A stretch of 64,000 nt of DNA from Bacteroidales bacterium UBA1715 (lineage in GTDB: Bacteria > Bacteroidota > Bacteroidia > Bacteroidales > UBA1715), in NCBI GenBank assembly GCA_002317135.1, contig DCIX01000025.1:64302-128301 (forward strand), in the 5' to 3' direction. Positions within the stretch are counted from its first letter, which is position 1. Every line of letters begins with the position of its first letter. The position numbers and the translations under genes are program-made. The notes below the pieces were generated by a model. The model made no database searches and was not told the DNA's origin. It saw only the letters and a list, made by a program, of their open reading frames with translations. This document shows, piece after piece, positions 46,845-57,209 of this stretch.

Positions 46845-47833
46845 TGATTTTGCTTTTTACGGAAAACGAAATACAAAGATACGATTCCAAGAAGAATCTC
46901 TAATATCAATTGCGACTCGTGGCTAATTGTTGCATACAACAAGCCTACCGAATTGAAATCTAATCCATAGATTGTAAGTGCAAGGGCTACAATATAATGA
47001 TAAGCTCCAATTCCCCCCTGAACAGGCACCGCCATACCAATACTTCCAACAACAAGCAAGAATAAGCCATCGGCAAGACCAAGATGTGCCGTAGGCGGAA
47101 GTGCCAAACACACAAACCAAGTCATTATCCAATAACACAGCCACAATGCAATGGTATAGAAGACAAACAATCCACGTTTTTCCAATTTATAAACCGAAGC
47201 AAGTCCATCAAAAATTCCTTTACAAAAAGACTGTATCTTGGCAACGACAAGATTATCCTTGCCTTTCAATATAAAGAAAAGAGCAAGAGCGACAACTATC
47301 ACCACACAAATCAAAACAATGATTTCCAACGATATAGAAGAAAATCGCTCTGCTGTTGGAGCCAAAACCTTATCACGAATAAAAGCACCAAACAAATCAA
47401 TTTGTAGGAAGAATGTGATAAACGCAAGCAATAATGTAACTAACACATCGAATGCACGTTCCACAATAACAGTACCAACAAGCGTATCAAATGGAAGATT
47501 TTCTGTCCGTTTCAATGCACCACAACGAGCAATTTCGCCAACGCGAGGTAAAGCAAGATTAGCAAAATAGCCGAACATTTCTGCCCAAAACGAATTAGCA
47601 AGCGTCGGTTTATGATCGCAAGTTGCTTCAATAAGAAGATTCCATCGTGCTGCACGACAAATATACGCCACCATTGCAAGAACAAGCGCAAAACCAATCC
47701 ACACAAAATTAGCATGAACAATGTCGTTCCACATTGCAGCAAAATCTACATCTTTAAAAACGAAAAACAGCAAGCCAACTCCAATCAGAGCAAAAACAAT
47801 GTAAGATATTGTTTTTGAAAGGCTTTTATCCAT
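46841..47833 (-). CDS. UPF0104 / lysylphosphatidylglycerol-synthase-TM-region (flippase-like) membrane protein
   Basis: About 8 TM helices. RVGEIARCGAL motif typical of the family. ATGA overlap with the downstream nucleotidyltransferase. Confidence 0.7.
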   Translation of the reverse strand: MDKSLSKTISYIVFALIGVGLLFFVFKDVDFAAMWNDIVHANFVWIGFALVLAMVAYICRAARWNLLIEATCDHKPTLANSFWAEMFGYFANLALPRVGEIARCGALKRTENLPFDTLVGTVIVERAFDVLVTLLLAFITFFLQIDLFGAFIRDKVLAPTAERFSSISLEIIVLICVVIVVALALFFILKGKDNLVVAKIQSFCKGIFDGLASVYKLEKRGLFVFYTIALWLCYWIMTWFVCLALPPTAHLGLADGLFLLVVGSIGMAVPVQGGIGAYHYIVALALTIYGLDFNSVGLLYATISHESQLILEILLGIVSLYFVFRKKQNQ

Positions 47834-47836
47834 AAA

Positions 47837-48187
47837 CTACACTAATTTATTGGTAGCAGTGTCAGGAAAAACAACCGAAGGAGTAAATGTTTTTGCCTCT
47901 TCAAAATCCATTTGCGCATACGAAATAATTATGGCAACATCACCCACATTAAATTTGTGAGCAGCAGGTCCATTCAAACAAACAACACCACTATTTCTTT
48001 CACCTTTAATTGCGTAAGTTTCAATTCGTTCACCTGAATTTAAATTTAGAACCTGCACTTTTTCATTAGGAATGATATTAGAGGCTTCCATCAAGGCTTC
48101 GTCCAATGTAATGCTACCGATATAGTTAAGATTTGCTTCGGTAACTGTCACACGGTGGATTTTAGATTTCATTATTTCTATCATCAT
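47837..48187 (-). CDS. panD: Aspartate 1-decarboxylase
   Basis: [23 protein letters not shown], including the GS self-cleavage site. Confidence 0.95.
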   Translation of the reverse strand: MMIEIMKSKIHRVTVTEANLNYIGSITLDEALMEASNIIPNEKVQVLNLNSGERIETYAIKGERNSGVVCLNGPAAHKFNVGDVAIIISYAQMDFEEAKTFTPSVVFPDTATNKLV

Positions 48188-48191
48188 AGCC

Positions 48192-49049
48192 CTATATGTT
48201 TTTTAGTGCAATATTATCAATTAAACGAACATCGCCGACATTTACGGTAATACATCCAACAACCCATTCTGCTTCGTCCCAAGAAGAAATTGGTTGCATT
48301 GTGTACCCATTCACAACCTCGAAATATTCAACTTCCAATAGAGGAACATTATTCACCGTATTTTCTACAAAAGCCTTCACTTCTGCAACTGTTGAAGAAG
48401 CAACTAAATCAACTGCTTTGAACAACGTTTGTGAAATTTGAACAGCCTGAACGCGTTGCTCCGCGTTCAAACGAGTATTACGAGAACTTAACGCCAATCC
48501 ATCCTCTTCGCGAACAATCGGACAAGGAATAATTTCAATATTGATATTGCTTTGGCGAACCATTTCGCGAATAATTGCAATTTGTTGGAAATCTTTCATT
48601 CCAAAATAACCTTTGTCTGCTGGAATTAAGTCAAACAAACGGTGTACAACAATACCAACACCATTAAAATGTCCAGGGCGTGCAGCACCTTCCATTACTG
48701 CACCAATTGCACCAAAATCATACGATTCTGTTACATTTTCCAAACCTTCTGGATAGATAGCTTCAATTGTCGGTACAAAAGCTATATCAACGCCAGCGTT
48801 TTCCAACAAAGCTAAATCTGCCTCAACCGTGCGTGGATATGTCAATAAATCATTCTTATTGTTAAATTGTGTTGGATTCACAAATATACTTACAGCTGTA
48901 CAATCGTTTTCTTCAATAGAGCGAGTTACCAACGAAATATGTCCTTGGTGAAGTGCACCCATCGTTGGAACAAATCCTAACGAACGATTTGCCTTACGAA
49001 CTTCTGCTACCGCGTTCGTAATCTCTTCTCTTGTTCTACAAACAATCAT
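48192..49049 (-). CDS. panC: Pantoate-beta-alanine ligase
   Basis: [16 protein letters not shown] motif. Start moved to MIVCRT (49049) because a -7 box lies inside the longer ORF. Confidence 0.95.
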   Translation of the reverse strand: MIVCRTREEITNAVAEVRKANRSLGFVPTMGALHQGHISLVTRSIEENDCTAVSIFVNPTQFNNKNDLLTYPRTVEADLALLENAGVDIAFVPTIEAIYPEGLENVTESYDFGAIGAVMEGAARPGHFNGVGIVVHRLFDLIPADKGYFGMKDFQQIAIIREMVRQSNINIEIIPCPIVREEDGLALSSRNTRLNAEQRVQAVQISQTLFKAVDLVASSTVAEVKAFVENTVNNVPLLEVEYFEVVNGYTMQPISSWDEAEWVVGCITVNVGDVRLIDNIALKNI

Positions 49050-49069
49050 TTCAATATCAAAAATTTGGA

Positions 49070-49077
49070 CAAAGGTA
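49070..49077 (-). promoter_or_regulatory. -7 promoter box (TACCTTTG on minus strand) for panCD
   Basis: Plus-strand caaaggta, 20 nt upstream of ATG 49049. Confidence 0.45.
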
Positions 49078-49174
49078 TGTTTTTTTTTCACTATCGTTCT
49101 TTTTTTCATAGTTTATTCAAACACTACAGTGTAGTTTTTTGAATTTTATGTAAAATTTCCCGAAAAAATTTTTA

Positions 49175-49182
49175 TAATTTTG
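49175..49182 (+). promoter_or_regulatory. -7 promoter box TAATTTTG for the glycogen-synthase-like gene
   Basis: Matches TAnnTTTG, 20 nt upstream of ATG 49202. Confidence 0.45.
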
Positions 49183-49201
49183 CATACGAAATTTTTTAAA
49201 G

Positions 49202-50011
49202 ATGAAGAAAGCAAAAGTTCTGTATGTAACTCAAGAAATGGCGAAATACCTTCCAGACACTGAAATGTCTTTAAAAAGTCGCTATTTACCTCAGTATATC
49301 CAAGAAAGCGGAAAAGAAATCCGTTGCTTTATGCCTCGATATGGATTAGTAAACGAACGAAGAAATCAACTACACGAAGTTATTCGTTTGTCGGGTATGA
49401 ATCTTATCATCGATGACACTGACCATCCACTAATTATCAAGGTTGCTTCTATCCAACAAGCAAGACTTCAGGTATATTTTATCGACAACGATGAATTTTT
49501 CCACCGCAAAGCAATGTTTGTTGACGAAAATGGTAAAGAATTCGAAGATAACGAAGACCGTATGATTTTCTTTGCTCGCGGTGTATTGGAAACAGTAAAG
49601 AAACTTCGCTGGGCTCCAGACATCGTTCACTGCCAAGGATGGTTTACATCTCTTCTTCCTCTATATCTAAAAAAGACGTTCTACGAAGATCCATTGTTTG
49701 CAAATGCAAAAGTGGTATACTCTCTATACAACAACTCTTTTGAGAAACCATTCTCAAAGGATTTTGCCAACAAGATTCACTTCGATGGCATTACTTCCGA
49801 CGACATTGCTTCAATCAAAAACAATGCAGATTGGTTAAGCATCAATAAATTAGCTATCGATCAAGCTGAAGGTATTGTTCTTGGCGAAGAAAAAGTAAAT
49901 GAAGAATTGTTGCAATATTGTAAAGAAAAGAATAAAATCATCCTTCCTTACCAAGGACAGGAAGATTATACACAAGCATATTCTGATTTTTACGATGGTT
50001 TATTAGACTAG
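49202..50011 (+). CDS. Short glycogen/starch synthase-like protein (N-terminal catalytic-domain type found in Bacteroidota)
   Basis: VLYVTQEM ... start and CQGWFTS block. Conserved panC / glgA-like / DUF4270 / glmS neighbourhood (from memory). Confidence 0.6.
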   Translation: MKKAKVLYVTQEMAKYLPDTEMSLKSRYLPQYIQESGKEIRCFMPRYGLVNERRNQLHEVIRLSGMNLIIDDTDHPLIIKVASIQQARLQVYFIDNDEFFHRKAMFVDENGKEFEDNEDRMIFFARGVLETVKKLRWAPDIVHCQGWFTSLLPLYLKKTFYEDPLFANAKVVYSLYNNSFEKPFSKDFANKIHFDGITSDDIASIKNNADWLSINKLAIDQAEGIVLGEEKVNEELLQYCKEKNKIILPYQGQEDYTQAYSDFYDGLLD

Positions 50012-50015
50012 AACT

Positions 50016-51332
50016 ATGAACGTACACACTCGTGTAATTGTATTGTTTTTCCTATCTCTTTTCTGTCTTTCTTGCGAAAAAGAAGACCAGACAATAGGAA
50101 TCGGTATGCTACCAGATAGCGATTTGCTTACAACTGCAGCCGACTCATCAACTATAATTACTTTGGAAACGATTGCCGATGATAGTACGCGCTCAACATT
50201 GGTGACCTATATGCTTGGCGAAAATTATGATGATGTTTTTGGAAAAACTCGTGCTTCGTATGCCACTCGCCTATATCTGCAATCTATGGTCACAGATTTT
50301 GAAGGATATAAGTTGGATTCTGCTTGTTTCAATTTAGCCAAATCTGCTAAATATGTCTATGGCGACACAACAGTTGCACAAACATTTTCGGTTTACGAAA
50401 TGCCACAAGCAATCACTGTTGCAGACTGCAAAAACTACGAAGAAAATGGCACAAAACCAGCTTGGTTGTCGTCTATAAAGTCAGCTACTAAGATTTGTGA
50501 CATACAAGTACCTGCCTATAAAGATACCCTACGCACATATAGTTGTAAATTGGCTACAGATTTTGCAGCATCACTTTTTTCTAAAATAAAAGAGTGCACT
50601 AAAACTGATACTTCTTTACAATACGTTGATTCTCTATTCATTAAAAAATTCAACGGAATTTATGTAACAACAAAAGACAATCAGTTCAACAATGTAAATT
50701 CAGTAATTGTCCATAGTCTTCCGGGTATTACATTCTATCTTTCTGGCAAAGACACAACTACAACATTAACATTGGCTCCGTCACCACAACCATACGACGA
50801 AGCTTTGAAAACCGACCCAAGCCAGATTTATCTTCAAGCTATCAACTTCTTTGAGCACGACTACTCGAGTACAGATATCACTCTCAATACCGAAAGCAAT
50901 ACGGCTTACGTACAAGGTTTCATGGGAACAAAAGCAAAAGTCACATTCTCAGACCTTGAAAGATGGAGAAAAGCTGTTGACCACAATACTCCATCCGACT
51001 CAACTATCGTGATTAATTCTGCGAAATTGTATCTTCCAATAAAGAAATACGACACTTGGAACCAATACCTTCCTCTGAATTTCAGAGTGTACGACGAAAC
51101 AAAAAAGCCTCATAAATTGATATATTCTACAGTATCGACAACAGAAGATAGCACAAACTTTATCTTCAATATCCATAGTTTCCTAATAACGTTATACAAT
51201 GGAGCAACTAAGGCCGACAATTACTCGTACGAAATTGCTGTTCCTGAAAACAATGCGTATGGAAACATGTTTGTTCTTGACGGAACTACCGATCCTAAAA
51301 AATTGAAATTAGTAATTACATACACCAAATAA
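50016..51332 (+). CDS. DUF4270-like lipoprotein
   Basis: Lipobox FCLSC. Position between the glycogen-synthase-like gene and glmS, as in other Bacteroidales (from memory). Confidence 0.5.
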   Translation: MNVHTRVIVLFFLSLFCLSCEKEDQTIGIGMLPDSDLLTTAADSSTIITLETIADDSTRSTLVTYMLGENYDDVFGKTRASYATRLYLQSMVTDFEGYKLDSACFNLAKSAKYVYGDTTVAQTFSVYEMPQAITVADCKNYEENGTKPAWLSSIKSATKICDIQVPAYKDTLRTYSCKLATDFAASLFSKIKECTKTDTSLQYVDSLFIKKFNGIYVTTKDNQFNNVNSVIVHSLPGITFYLSGKDTTTTLTLAPSPQPYDEALKTDPSQIYLQAINFFEHDYSSTDITLNTESNTAYVQGFMGTKAKVTFSDLERWRKAVDHNTPSDSTIVINSAKLYLPIKKYDTWNQYLPLNFRVYDETKKPHKLIYSTVSTTEDSTNFIFNIHSFLITLYNGATKADNYSYEIAVPENNAYGNMFVLDGTTDPKKLKLVITYTK

Positions 51333-51333
51333 T

Positions 51334-53178
51334 ATGTGTGGAATAGTTGGTTACATTGGCGATAAGGATGCCTATCCTATTCTTATTGCAGGCTTAAAAC
51401 GATTGGAATATAGAGGTTATGACTCTACAGGTATTGCTCTTATTCAAAATGGTGAGACAATAGCATATAAAAAACAAGGAAAAGTTGCAGATCTTGAAGC
51501 ATATTTGGAAGACCAAAATACTTCTGGTTGCATCGGAATGGGACACACTCGTTGGGCAACCCACGGTGAGCCAAACGATGTAAATGCACACCCACATACT
51601 TCTATGAAAGGTAAATTCGTTGTAATCCACAACGGTATCATAGAAAATTACAATGCACTAAAGAAAAAACTTACGGCAAAAGGTTACGAATTCAAGAGCG
51701 AAACCGATACTGAAGTTATCGCAGACTATATTGAATATATCTACCTAAAAGGAAAAGGGAAAGTTAGTGCTGAAGTTGCTGTACGTTTGGCTTTATTGGA
51801 AGTACAAGGTGCTTACGGTCTTGTGGTTATTTGCACAGACGAACCTGACCAACTTATTGTTGCCAGAAATGGTAGCCCACTCGTTGTTGGTGTGGGACAA
51901 GGCGAATATTTCGTTGCTTCCGATGCTACTCCTATCGTGGAACATACCAAACGCATCATTTACTTGAATGACCTTGAAATGGCAACAATCACAAAAAATG
52001 AGTTGTCACTAAAAACCATCAAAAACGATACGTTAACTCCGGTTATTCAAGAACTTGAACTTGATATTGAAGGCATAGAAAAAGGTGGATATGAACACTT
52101 TATGTTGAAGGAAATTTTTGAACAGCCTTCTGCTATTATGGATACATTCCGAGGTCGTGCTACAAAAAATCCACCCAAAATTTATCTTGGCGGTTTATAC
52201 AACGCATTCGATAAATTTGATAAAGCAGACAGAATCATTATCGTTGCATGCGGAACATCTTGGCATGCTGGTTTGGTAGGCGAATATTTGTTCGAAGAAT
52301 ATGCCCGCATTCCTGTAGAAGTTGAGTATGCTTCGGAATTCCGTTATAGAAATCCAATCATTCGCGAGAATGATGTTGTTATCGCTATTAGCCAAAGTGG
52401 TGAAACTGCCGATACATTGGCAGCAATCCGTCTTGCAAAAGCTGCAAATGCTACCGTAGTTGGTATTTGTAATGTGGTTGGTTCAAGCATTCCACGCGAA
52501 ACTGACGCCGGCGTTTACACACATGCGGGACCAGAAATCGGTGTGGCTTCTACTAAATCATTCACAACGCAAGTAACGGTACTTACGATGATGGCATTAA
52601 TGCTGGGTAAACGTAGAAATGCCATTGCCGACGACGAATACAAAAAACTTATTTCCGAACTATATAAGATTCCAGCAAAAGTTGAAAGTATTCTTACTCA
52701 TATAGACGAATACAAACAAATCGCCGAAACATATAAAGATGCACAAAACTTTATTTATTTAGGTAGAAGCTATTTGTATCCTGTTGCGTTAGAAGGTGCA
52801 CTAAAACTAAAAGAAATCTCGTACATTCACGCAGAAGGATATCCTGCCGCAGAAATGAAACACGGTCCTATCGCTTTGATAGACAAGAATATGCCAGTAG
52901 TTGTTATTGCAACAAAAGACAAACAATACGATAAGGTCGTAAGCAATGTACAAGAAGTTAAAGCACGACAAGGTGTGGTAATTGCAGTGGTAACACAAGG
53001 CGATACTGTTCTTTCGAAAATTGCAGATCACGTAATTGAAGTTCCCGAAACCTCTCCTGCGCTTACTCCACTTACGACAGTTATTCCTTTACAGATTCTT
53101 TCATATTACATCGCCGTAATGCGTGGCTGTAACGTGGATCAACCTCGTAACTTGGCAAAATCGGTAACGGTAGAATAG
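51334..53178 (+). CDS. glmS: Glutamine-fructose-6-phosphate aminotransferase (isomerising)
   Basis: MCGIVGY N-terminal nucleophile, two SIS domains, and the C-terminal NLAKSVTVE. Confidence 0.97.
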   Translation: MCGIVGYIGDKDAYPILIAGLKRLEYRGYDSTGIALIQNGETIAYKKQGKVADLEAYLEDQNTSGCIGMGHTRWATHGEPNDVNAHPHTSMKGKFVVIHNGIIENYNALKKKLTAKGYEFKSETDTEVIADYIEYIYLKGKGKVSAEVAVRLALLEVQGAYGLVVICTDEPDQLIVARNGSPLVVGVGQGEYFVASDATPIVEHTKRIIYLNDLEMATITKNELSLKTIKNDTLTPVIQELELDIEGIEKGGYEHFMLKEIFEQPSAIMDTFRGRATKNPPKIYLGGLYNAFDKFDKADRIIIVACGTSWHAGLVGEYLFEEYARIPVEVEYASEFRYRNPIIRENDVVIAISQSGETADTLAAIRLAKAANATVVGICNVVGSSIPRETDAGVYTHAGPEIGVASTKSFTTQVTVLTMMALMLGKRRNAIADDEYKKLISELYKIPAKVESILTHIDEYKQIAETYKDAQNFIYLGRSYLYPVALEGALKLKEISYIHAEGYPAAEMKHGPIALIDKNMPVVVIATKDKQYDKVVSNVQEVKARQGVVIAVVTQGDTVLSKIADHVIEVPETSPALTPLTTVIPLQILSYYIAVMRGCNVDQPRNLAKSVTVE

Positions 53179-54218
53179 TGAGCAATTCATCGCAGATATC
53201 TAAGATTCTTGTTTTTCGATTGAGTTCAATCGGCGATATTGTTCTCACTACGGCTTTATTGCGCTGTTTACGGGACAAATATCCACAAGCACAAATTGAC
53301 TTTGTTGTAAAAAAACAATTTGCCGCTATTTTACGTTGCGTTCCATTTGTCAGTAATGTAATTGAACTTGACTCAAAGAAAGGTCTTACAGAACTGTTTG
53401 CCTTACGAAGACAATTGAAAGACGAGAAATACGATGTTGCTCTCGATATTCATAAAAACTGGCGTAGTCTATTCATTTGCAGAACTATAGGAGCTAAACA
53501 AGTTTTCGCATTCAACAAACACGTTTTTCGCCGTTGGGTATTAACAACATTCCATAAAAATATCTACAAAGAAGTTCGACCTGTTTATCTACGATTTACA
53601 GATGCAGCCAAACAAATTGGCGTAGAATCTGACGGAAAATACACTGAATTGGTTGTTCCATCAGAAATTCAAATTGCAACCGACAACATATTGCAACAAA
53701 AAGGATTCGACACTTCGAAACCAGCAATTGCCCTCTGTCCAGGAGCAAGTTTCAAGAACAAGCAATGGCAGCCAGAAAAGTTCGCCGAATTGGCTAAGAA
53801 AATCGTTACAGAGCTTGACTATCAAGTTATTCTAATTGGCGGCAAAAACGAACAACCATTGTGTGAAATTATACAAAAGGAAGAACCTTTGGCTATTTCT
53901 TTTGCAGGAGAATTCGACTTAAGTCAATCTATCGCGGCTCTCAATAGAGTACGAGCAACGGTTGTCAACGATACCGGCATGCTTCACGCCTCAGAAGCAC
54001 TTGGAGTTCCTGTTATTGGGATATATGGCGCAACTGCATACCCTTTCGGCTACTATCCTATTCTACCACAAAGCAAAGTTGCCGACGTTGACCTACCATG
54101 CAGACCATGCACAAAAATGGGCAAAAACTCCTGTCCTAAAGGACATTTTAACTGCATGAACCAATTGCACACGCAAAAGGTTTTCGAATTGCTACAAGAG
54201 GTTTTAAAAGAAAAATAG
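53178..54218 (+). CDS. Glycosyltransferase family 9 (heptosyltransferase-like)
   Basis: ILVFRLSSIGD start motif and the GNDTG-like block VVNDTGMLH. A GTG start overlaps the glmS stop. Confidence 0.8.
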   Translation: MSNSSQISKILVFRLSSIGDIVLTTALLRCLRDKYPQAQIDFVVKKQFAAILRCVPFVSNVIELDSKKGLTELFALRRQLKDEKYDVALDIHKNWRSLFICRTIGAKQVFAFNKHVFRRWVLTTFHKNIYKEVRPVYLRFTDAAKQIGVESDGKYTELVVPSEIQIATDNILQQKGFDTSKPAIALCPGASFKNKQWQPEKFAELAKKIVTELDYQVILIGGKNEQPLCEIIQKEEPLAISFAGEFDLSQSIAALNRVRATVVNDTGMLHASEALGVPVIGIYGATAYPFGYYPILPQSKVADVDLPCRPCTKMGKNSCPKGHFNCMNQLHTQKVFELLQEVLKEK

Positions 54219-54228
54219 ATATTACTCC

Positions 54229-54714
54229 CTATTGTTTCTTTACATAATACCTGTAACACGTAGAAATAGGATTATTCCTAAAATTAGAATCGTAACCAAA
54301 ACAAAGAGTATCATTTAACAAGCAAACATAGCCTGTATGTTGACTTAAATCCATCAAATTTCGAATAATTAAAGAATCAGCTGCAATTGTGTAAGTATAC
54401 ACTTTCTCCATACTTGTACATTTTTCAATAGCATCATCGTCGGGAGCTATTGAATAAACCTCATCTTCTGTAAATGTAAAATAGAAATTATGCTTGCAGC
54501 TACAATTATTATAACCATTCTGCCCTTTAACATATTCAAGATACCAATCACATCCAATAACTTGCTTTTGTATCTCGTAAGGATCTAGAACAAAAACACT
54601 TTCTTCTTGAGATATTTCTTTCTGATTATCCCCACCATTAGGCTTGGGTTCATCATCTTTATTGCAAGCACACATTACCAATGCACTTAGCAAAATCATC
54701 AATATCTTTCTCAT
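54229..54714 (-). CDS. Hypothetical lipoprotein
   Basis: Lipobox LVMCAC. No recognised domain. Confidence 0.55.
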   Translation of the reverse strand: MRKILMILLSALVMCACNKDDEPKPNGGDNQKEISQEESVFVLDPYEIQKQVIGCDWYLEYVKGQNGYNNCSCKHNFYFTFTEDEVYSIAPDDDAIEKCTSMEKVYTYTIAADSLIIRNLMDLSQHTGYVCLLNDTLCFGYDSNFRNNPISTCYRYYVKKQ

Positions 54715-54845
54715 AATAGATTGATTTAAAGTTTACTACGCAAAGTAAAAAAAATAAATAAACAAATAAAAAGATTTCTTTTTAGGATTTTTATAAAAAA
54801 AATGGACTCAAAACAATGAGCATTTTGCATTTATCAGAATTTGTT

Positions 54846-54853
54846 TACATTTG
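54846..54853 (+). promoter_or_regulatory. -7 promoter box TACATTTG upstream of the TonB-dependent receptor leader
   Basis: Matches TAnnTTTG, 18 nt upstream of ATG 54872 and about 390 nt upstream of the receptor ATG. Confidence 0.45.
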
Positions 54854-54871
54854 CCGCATCAAAAAATTACG

Positions 54872-55270
54872 ATGAAGAAAACCTTCCGATATAAAAAACA
54901 GACTTTCCGTTTCCATCGTTGGAATCGTGCGAATTACTCTGCATTTATGAGTATCGGAAAACAAATCACGATTGGTCGTGTAAATACTGAAATTGCTGAT
55001 GGTCTTCTTCGCGACCAACATATCAAAGAAATTTTCACATCTGAATTCATGAACGGTTCATCAGATGATGATGACTCTTCGGGCGGAGACGAAAATATAC
55101 TTGCTCTTTTAGAACAAACTATTCTTTGCCCTACACAATTAACTACAGAAGCATGTCCTGCTTCTTGTAAATCTTCCTATTTTGTAAACTCTAATCCTAT
55201 CTTCTGGTGGCCACAGTCGATAGGATTTTTTATTTTTAAATCTTATGAAAAAAATCAACTTGCTTTGTAG
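54872..55270 (+). CDS. Uncertain 132-aa leader ORF. Its N-terminus resembles the extended N-terminal leader of some Bacteroidales TonB-dependent receptors. It may be a remnant or non-coding leader.
   Basis: MKKTFRYKKQTFRFHRWNRANYSAFMSIGKQITIG resembles (from memory) the ...RKGYAxFxSLGKEVxIG... N-termini of BtuB-like receptors. It overlaps the receptor start by 26 nt in another frame. Confidence 0.25.
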   Translation: MKKTFRYKKQTFRFHRWNRANYSAFMSIGKQITIGRVNTEIADGLLRDQHIKEIFTSEFMNGSSDDDDSSGGDENILALLEQTILCPTQLTTEACPASCKSSYFVNSNPIFWWPQSIGFFIFKSYEKNQLAL

Positions 55271-57164
55271 CATTGCGCTACTCTCCCTACCTGGCTTTTG
55301 CCAAGTTTCAGACGATTCCCTATTAGTGAATCTGCCTAACATCGAAGTCGTAAAACAACAAACTACATTGGCGTCTGAATCACTTCGTATTGTAACAACA
55401 TTGACGAAACAAGAAATCGCCAAAATTCCGGCACAAAGTATCAACGACCTACTTGACTACATTCCTGGTATAGATGTACGTTCTCGTGGAAACAACGGTG
55501 TACAAGCCGACATGATTATGCGTGGCGGAACATTCGACCAAGTTATTATTCTTCTAAACGGCGTGAACATTACCGACCCACAAACAGGTCACCAAAATCT
55601 CGACATTCCTATCGATCTTTCTATTGTTGATAGAATAGAAATCTTACAAGGAACTTCTATGAATATTTTTGGACTATCATCTTTTAGTGGTGCAATCAAT
55701 ATCATCACAGGCACACAAAAAGACACTAAAGTTGACGTCGGTCTTATTGGCGGCAGCAACGGATATGTTGCACCACACATTAGTGCAACTGCTTCAAAAG
55801 GCAAATGGGATGTGTCGGCATCTGCGTCAACTAATCAATCATCTGGTTATATCGACAACACTGATTTCAAGTACACTAATGCCTACCTACAAACAAACTA
55901 CACGGATTCAACCCTTGGTAAATTTAGTTTTCAACTTGGCGGACAACTAAAAGAATTTGGTGCAAATTCTTTTTACTCACTTGCATATCCAAACCAGTTC
56001 GAGAAAGACAAAACTTTACTAACATCATTACTTTGGACTAAAGGATTCGGTCGTTTTGATGTGACATCATCGGTTTTCTATCGTGCGCACTACGATGAAT
56101 TCCAACTATTCCGCGACGACTACGGTCTTACTATACCAAGTTGGTACACCAACCACAACTATCACATTTCACAAGTTACAGGTGGTAATATCAAAACTTC
56201 GGCATACACAAAAATTGGTAAGTCAACTCTTGGTATTGAAATCCGTAACGAACACATTGTCAGCAATGTTTTAGGCGACTCTTTATCTGCACCAAAAGAA
56301 GTTCCATTTGCTAAAGGAGAATATTTCACTGTTGGAAAAAACAGATTGAATTTCAATTACTTCGGCGAACAGACATTTATTGTAAAGAAATTCACAGCAT
56401 CTGTGGGATTTTCAGGCAATTACAATTCCATGTTTAATTCAAACTTTTGTGCTGGTGGAAACCTTGGCTATAACTTTTCTTCACTTTGCAAAATCTATGC
56501 AAACGCCAACAGCGCACTACGCTTACCAACATTCACCGACATGTACTATAAAAGTGCAACACAATTGGCAAATCCAAACTTGCAACCAGAGAAAAGTATC
56601 ACTATGGAATTGGGAGCACAAGGCCATTCTAGTGCATTTTCTTACCGAGCATCAGCATACTACCGCATAGGAAAAGACATTATTGACTGGGCAAAAGCCG
56701 AAGGCGAAGAGAAATGGAGAAGTATGAATATTGATAATGTGAACGCTCTTGGAGCAGAACTTTCGGCTCAATATAAATTCAAGACATTCTTGAAACAAAT
56801 CGGTGCTACATTCTCATATTGTAAGCTAAATAAGGAATCTGGAGAACTAATCAGCAAATATGCACTCGACTATCTTCACACGTCGTTTACACTTAACATA
56901 GATCATACTATCTACAAAAATTGGGGAGCTAATTGGCAACTTTCATATCAAGATAGAGAAGGAAATTATATCGGCACAAAAGGAACTGCCGAAGATTATG
57001 AACCTATCGCATTGTTAGATGTACAAACATATTGGTCTAACAAAAACACGAAAATTTTCATTGAAGCTACTAACTTGTTTGGAACCAAATATTTTGACTA
57101 CGGTGGCGTTGAACAACCAGGCTTACAAGCACGCGTTGGCATTAATGTACACTTTGCAAAATAA
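55245..57164 (+). CDS. TonB-dependent outer-membrane receptor (BtuB/small-substrate size class, 639 aa)
   Basis: Signal peptide and a TonB box-like LPNIEVV. The plug region reads DLLDYIPGIDVRSRGNNGVQADMIMRGGTFDQVIILLNGV. The protein ends in an aromatic residue (NVHFAK context). Confidence 0.9.
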   Translation: MKKINLLCSIALLSLPGFCQVSDDSLLVNLPNIEVVKQQTTLASESLRIVTTLTKQEIAKIPAQSINDLLDYIPGIDVRSRGNNGVQADMIMRGGTFDQVIILLNGVNITDPQTGHQNLDIPIDLSIVDRIEILQGTSMNIFGLSSFSGAINIITGTQKDTKVDVGLIGGSNGYVAPHISATASKGKWDVSASASTNQSSGYIDNTDFKYTNAYLQTNYTDSTLGKFSFQLGGQLKEFGANSFYSLAYPNQFEKDKTLLTSLLWTKGFGRFDVTSSVFYRAHYDEFQLFRDDYGLTIPSWYTNHNYHISQVTGGNIKTSAYTKIGKSTLGIEIRNEHIVSNVLGDSLSAPKEVPFAKGEYFTVGKNRLNFNYFGEQTFIVKKFTASVGFSGNYNSMFNSNFCAGGNLGYNFSSLCKIYANANSALRLPTFTDMYYKSATQLANPNLQPEKSITMELGAQGHSSAFSYRASAYYRIGKDIIDWAKAEGEEKWRSMNIDNVNALGAELSAQYKFKTFLKQIGATFSYCKLNKESGELISKYALDYLHTSFTLNIDHTIYKNWGANWQLSYQDREGNYIGTKGTAEDYEPIALLDVQTYWSNKNTKIFIEATNLFGTKYFDYGGVEQPGLQARVGINVHFAK

Positions 57165-57174
57165 TTTGGGATTG

Positions 57175-57209
57175 GTAGAGACGCAAATTATTGCGTTTCT
57201 ACTTTTTTT
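57175..57209 (+). terminator. REP-type hairpin terminator (gtagagacgcaa/ttgcgtttctac plus T7) between convergent genes
   Basis: 12-bp stem with one G-U pair, ATTA loop, 7 T. It abuts the stop of the minus-strand GT90 gene. Confidence 0.7.

Noticed and set aside
54855-55244. Cobalamin or TPP riboswitch upstream of the BtuB-sized TonB-dependent receptor.
   Set aside because: Only ggccacagtc (about 55209-55218) vaguely resembles the GCCACTG B12-box region. I could not find the AGGGAA/GGTG..AA..CC core, nor the CTGAGA/ACCTGA elements of TPP riboswitches. An Infernal scan is needed to decide.
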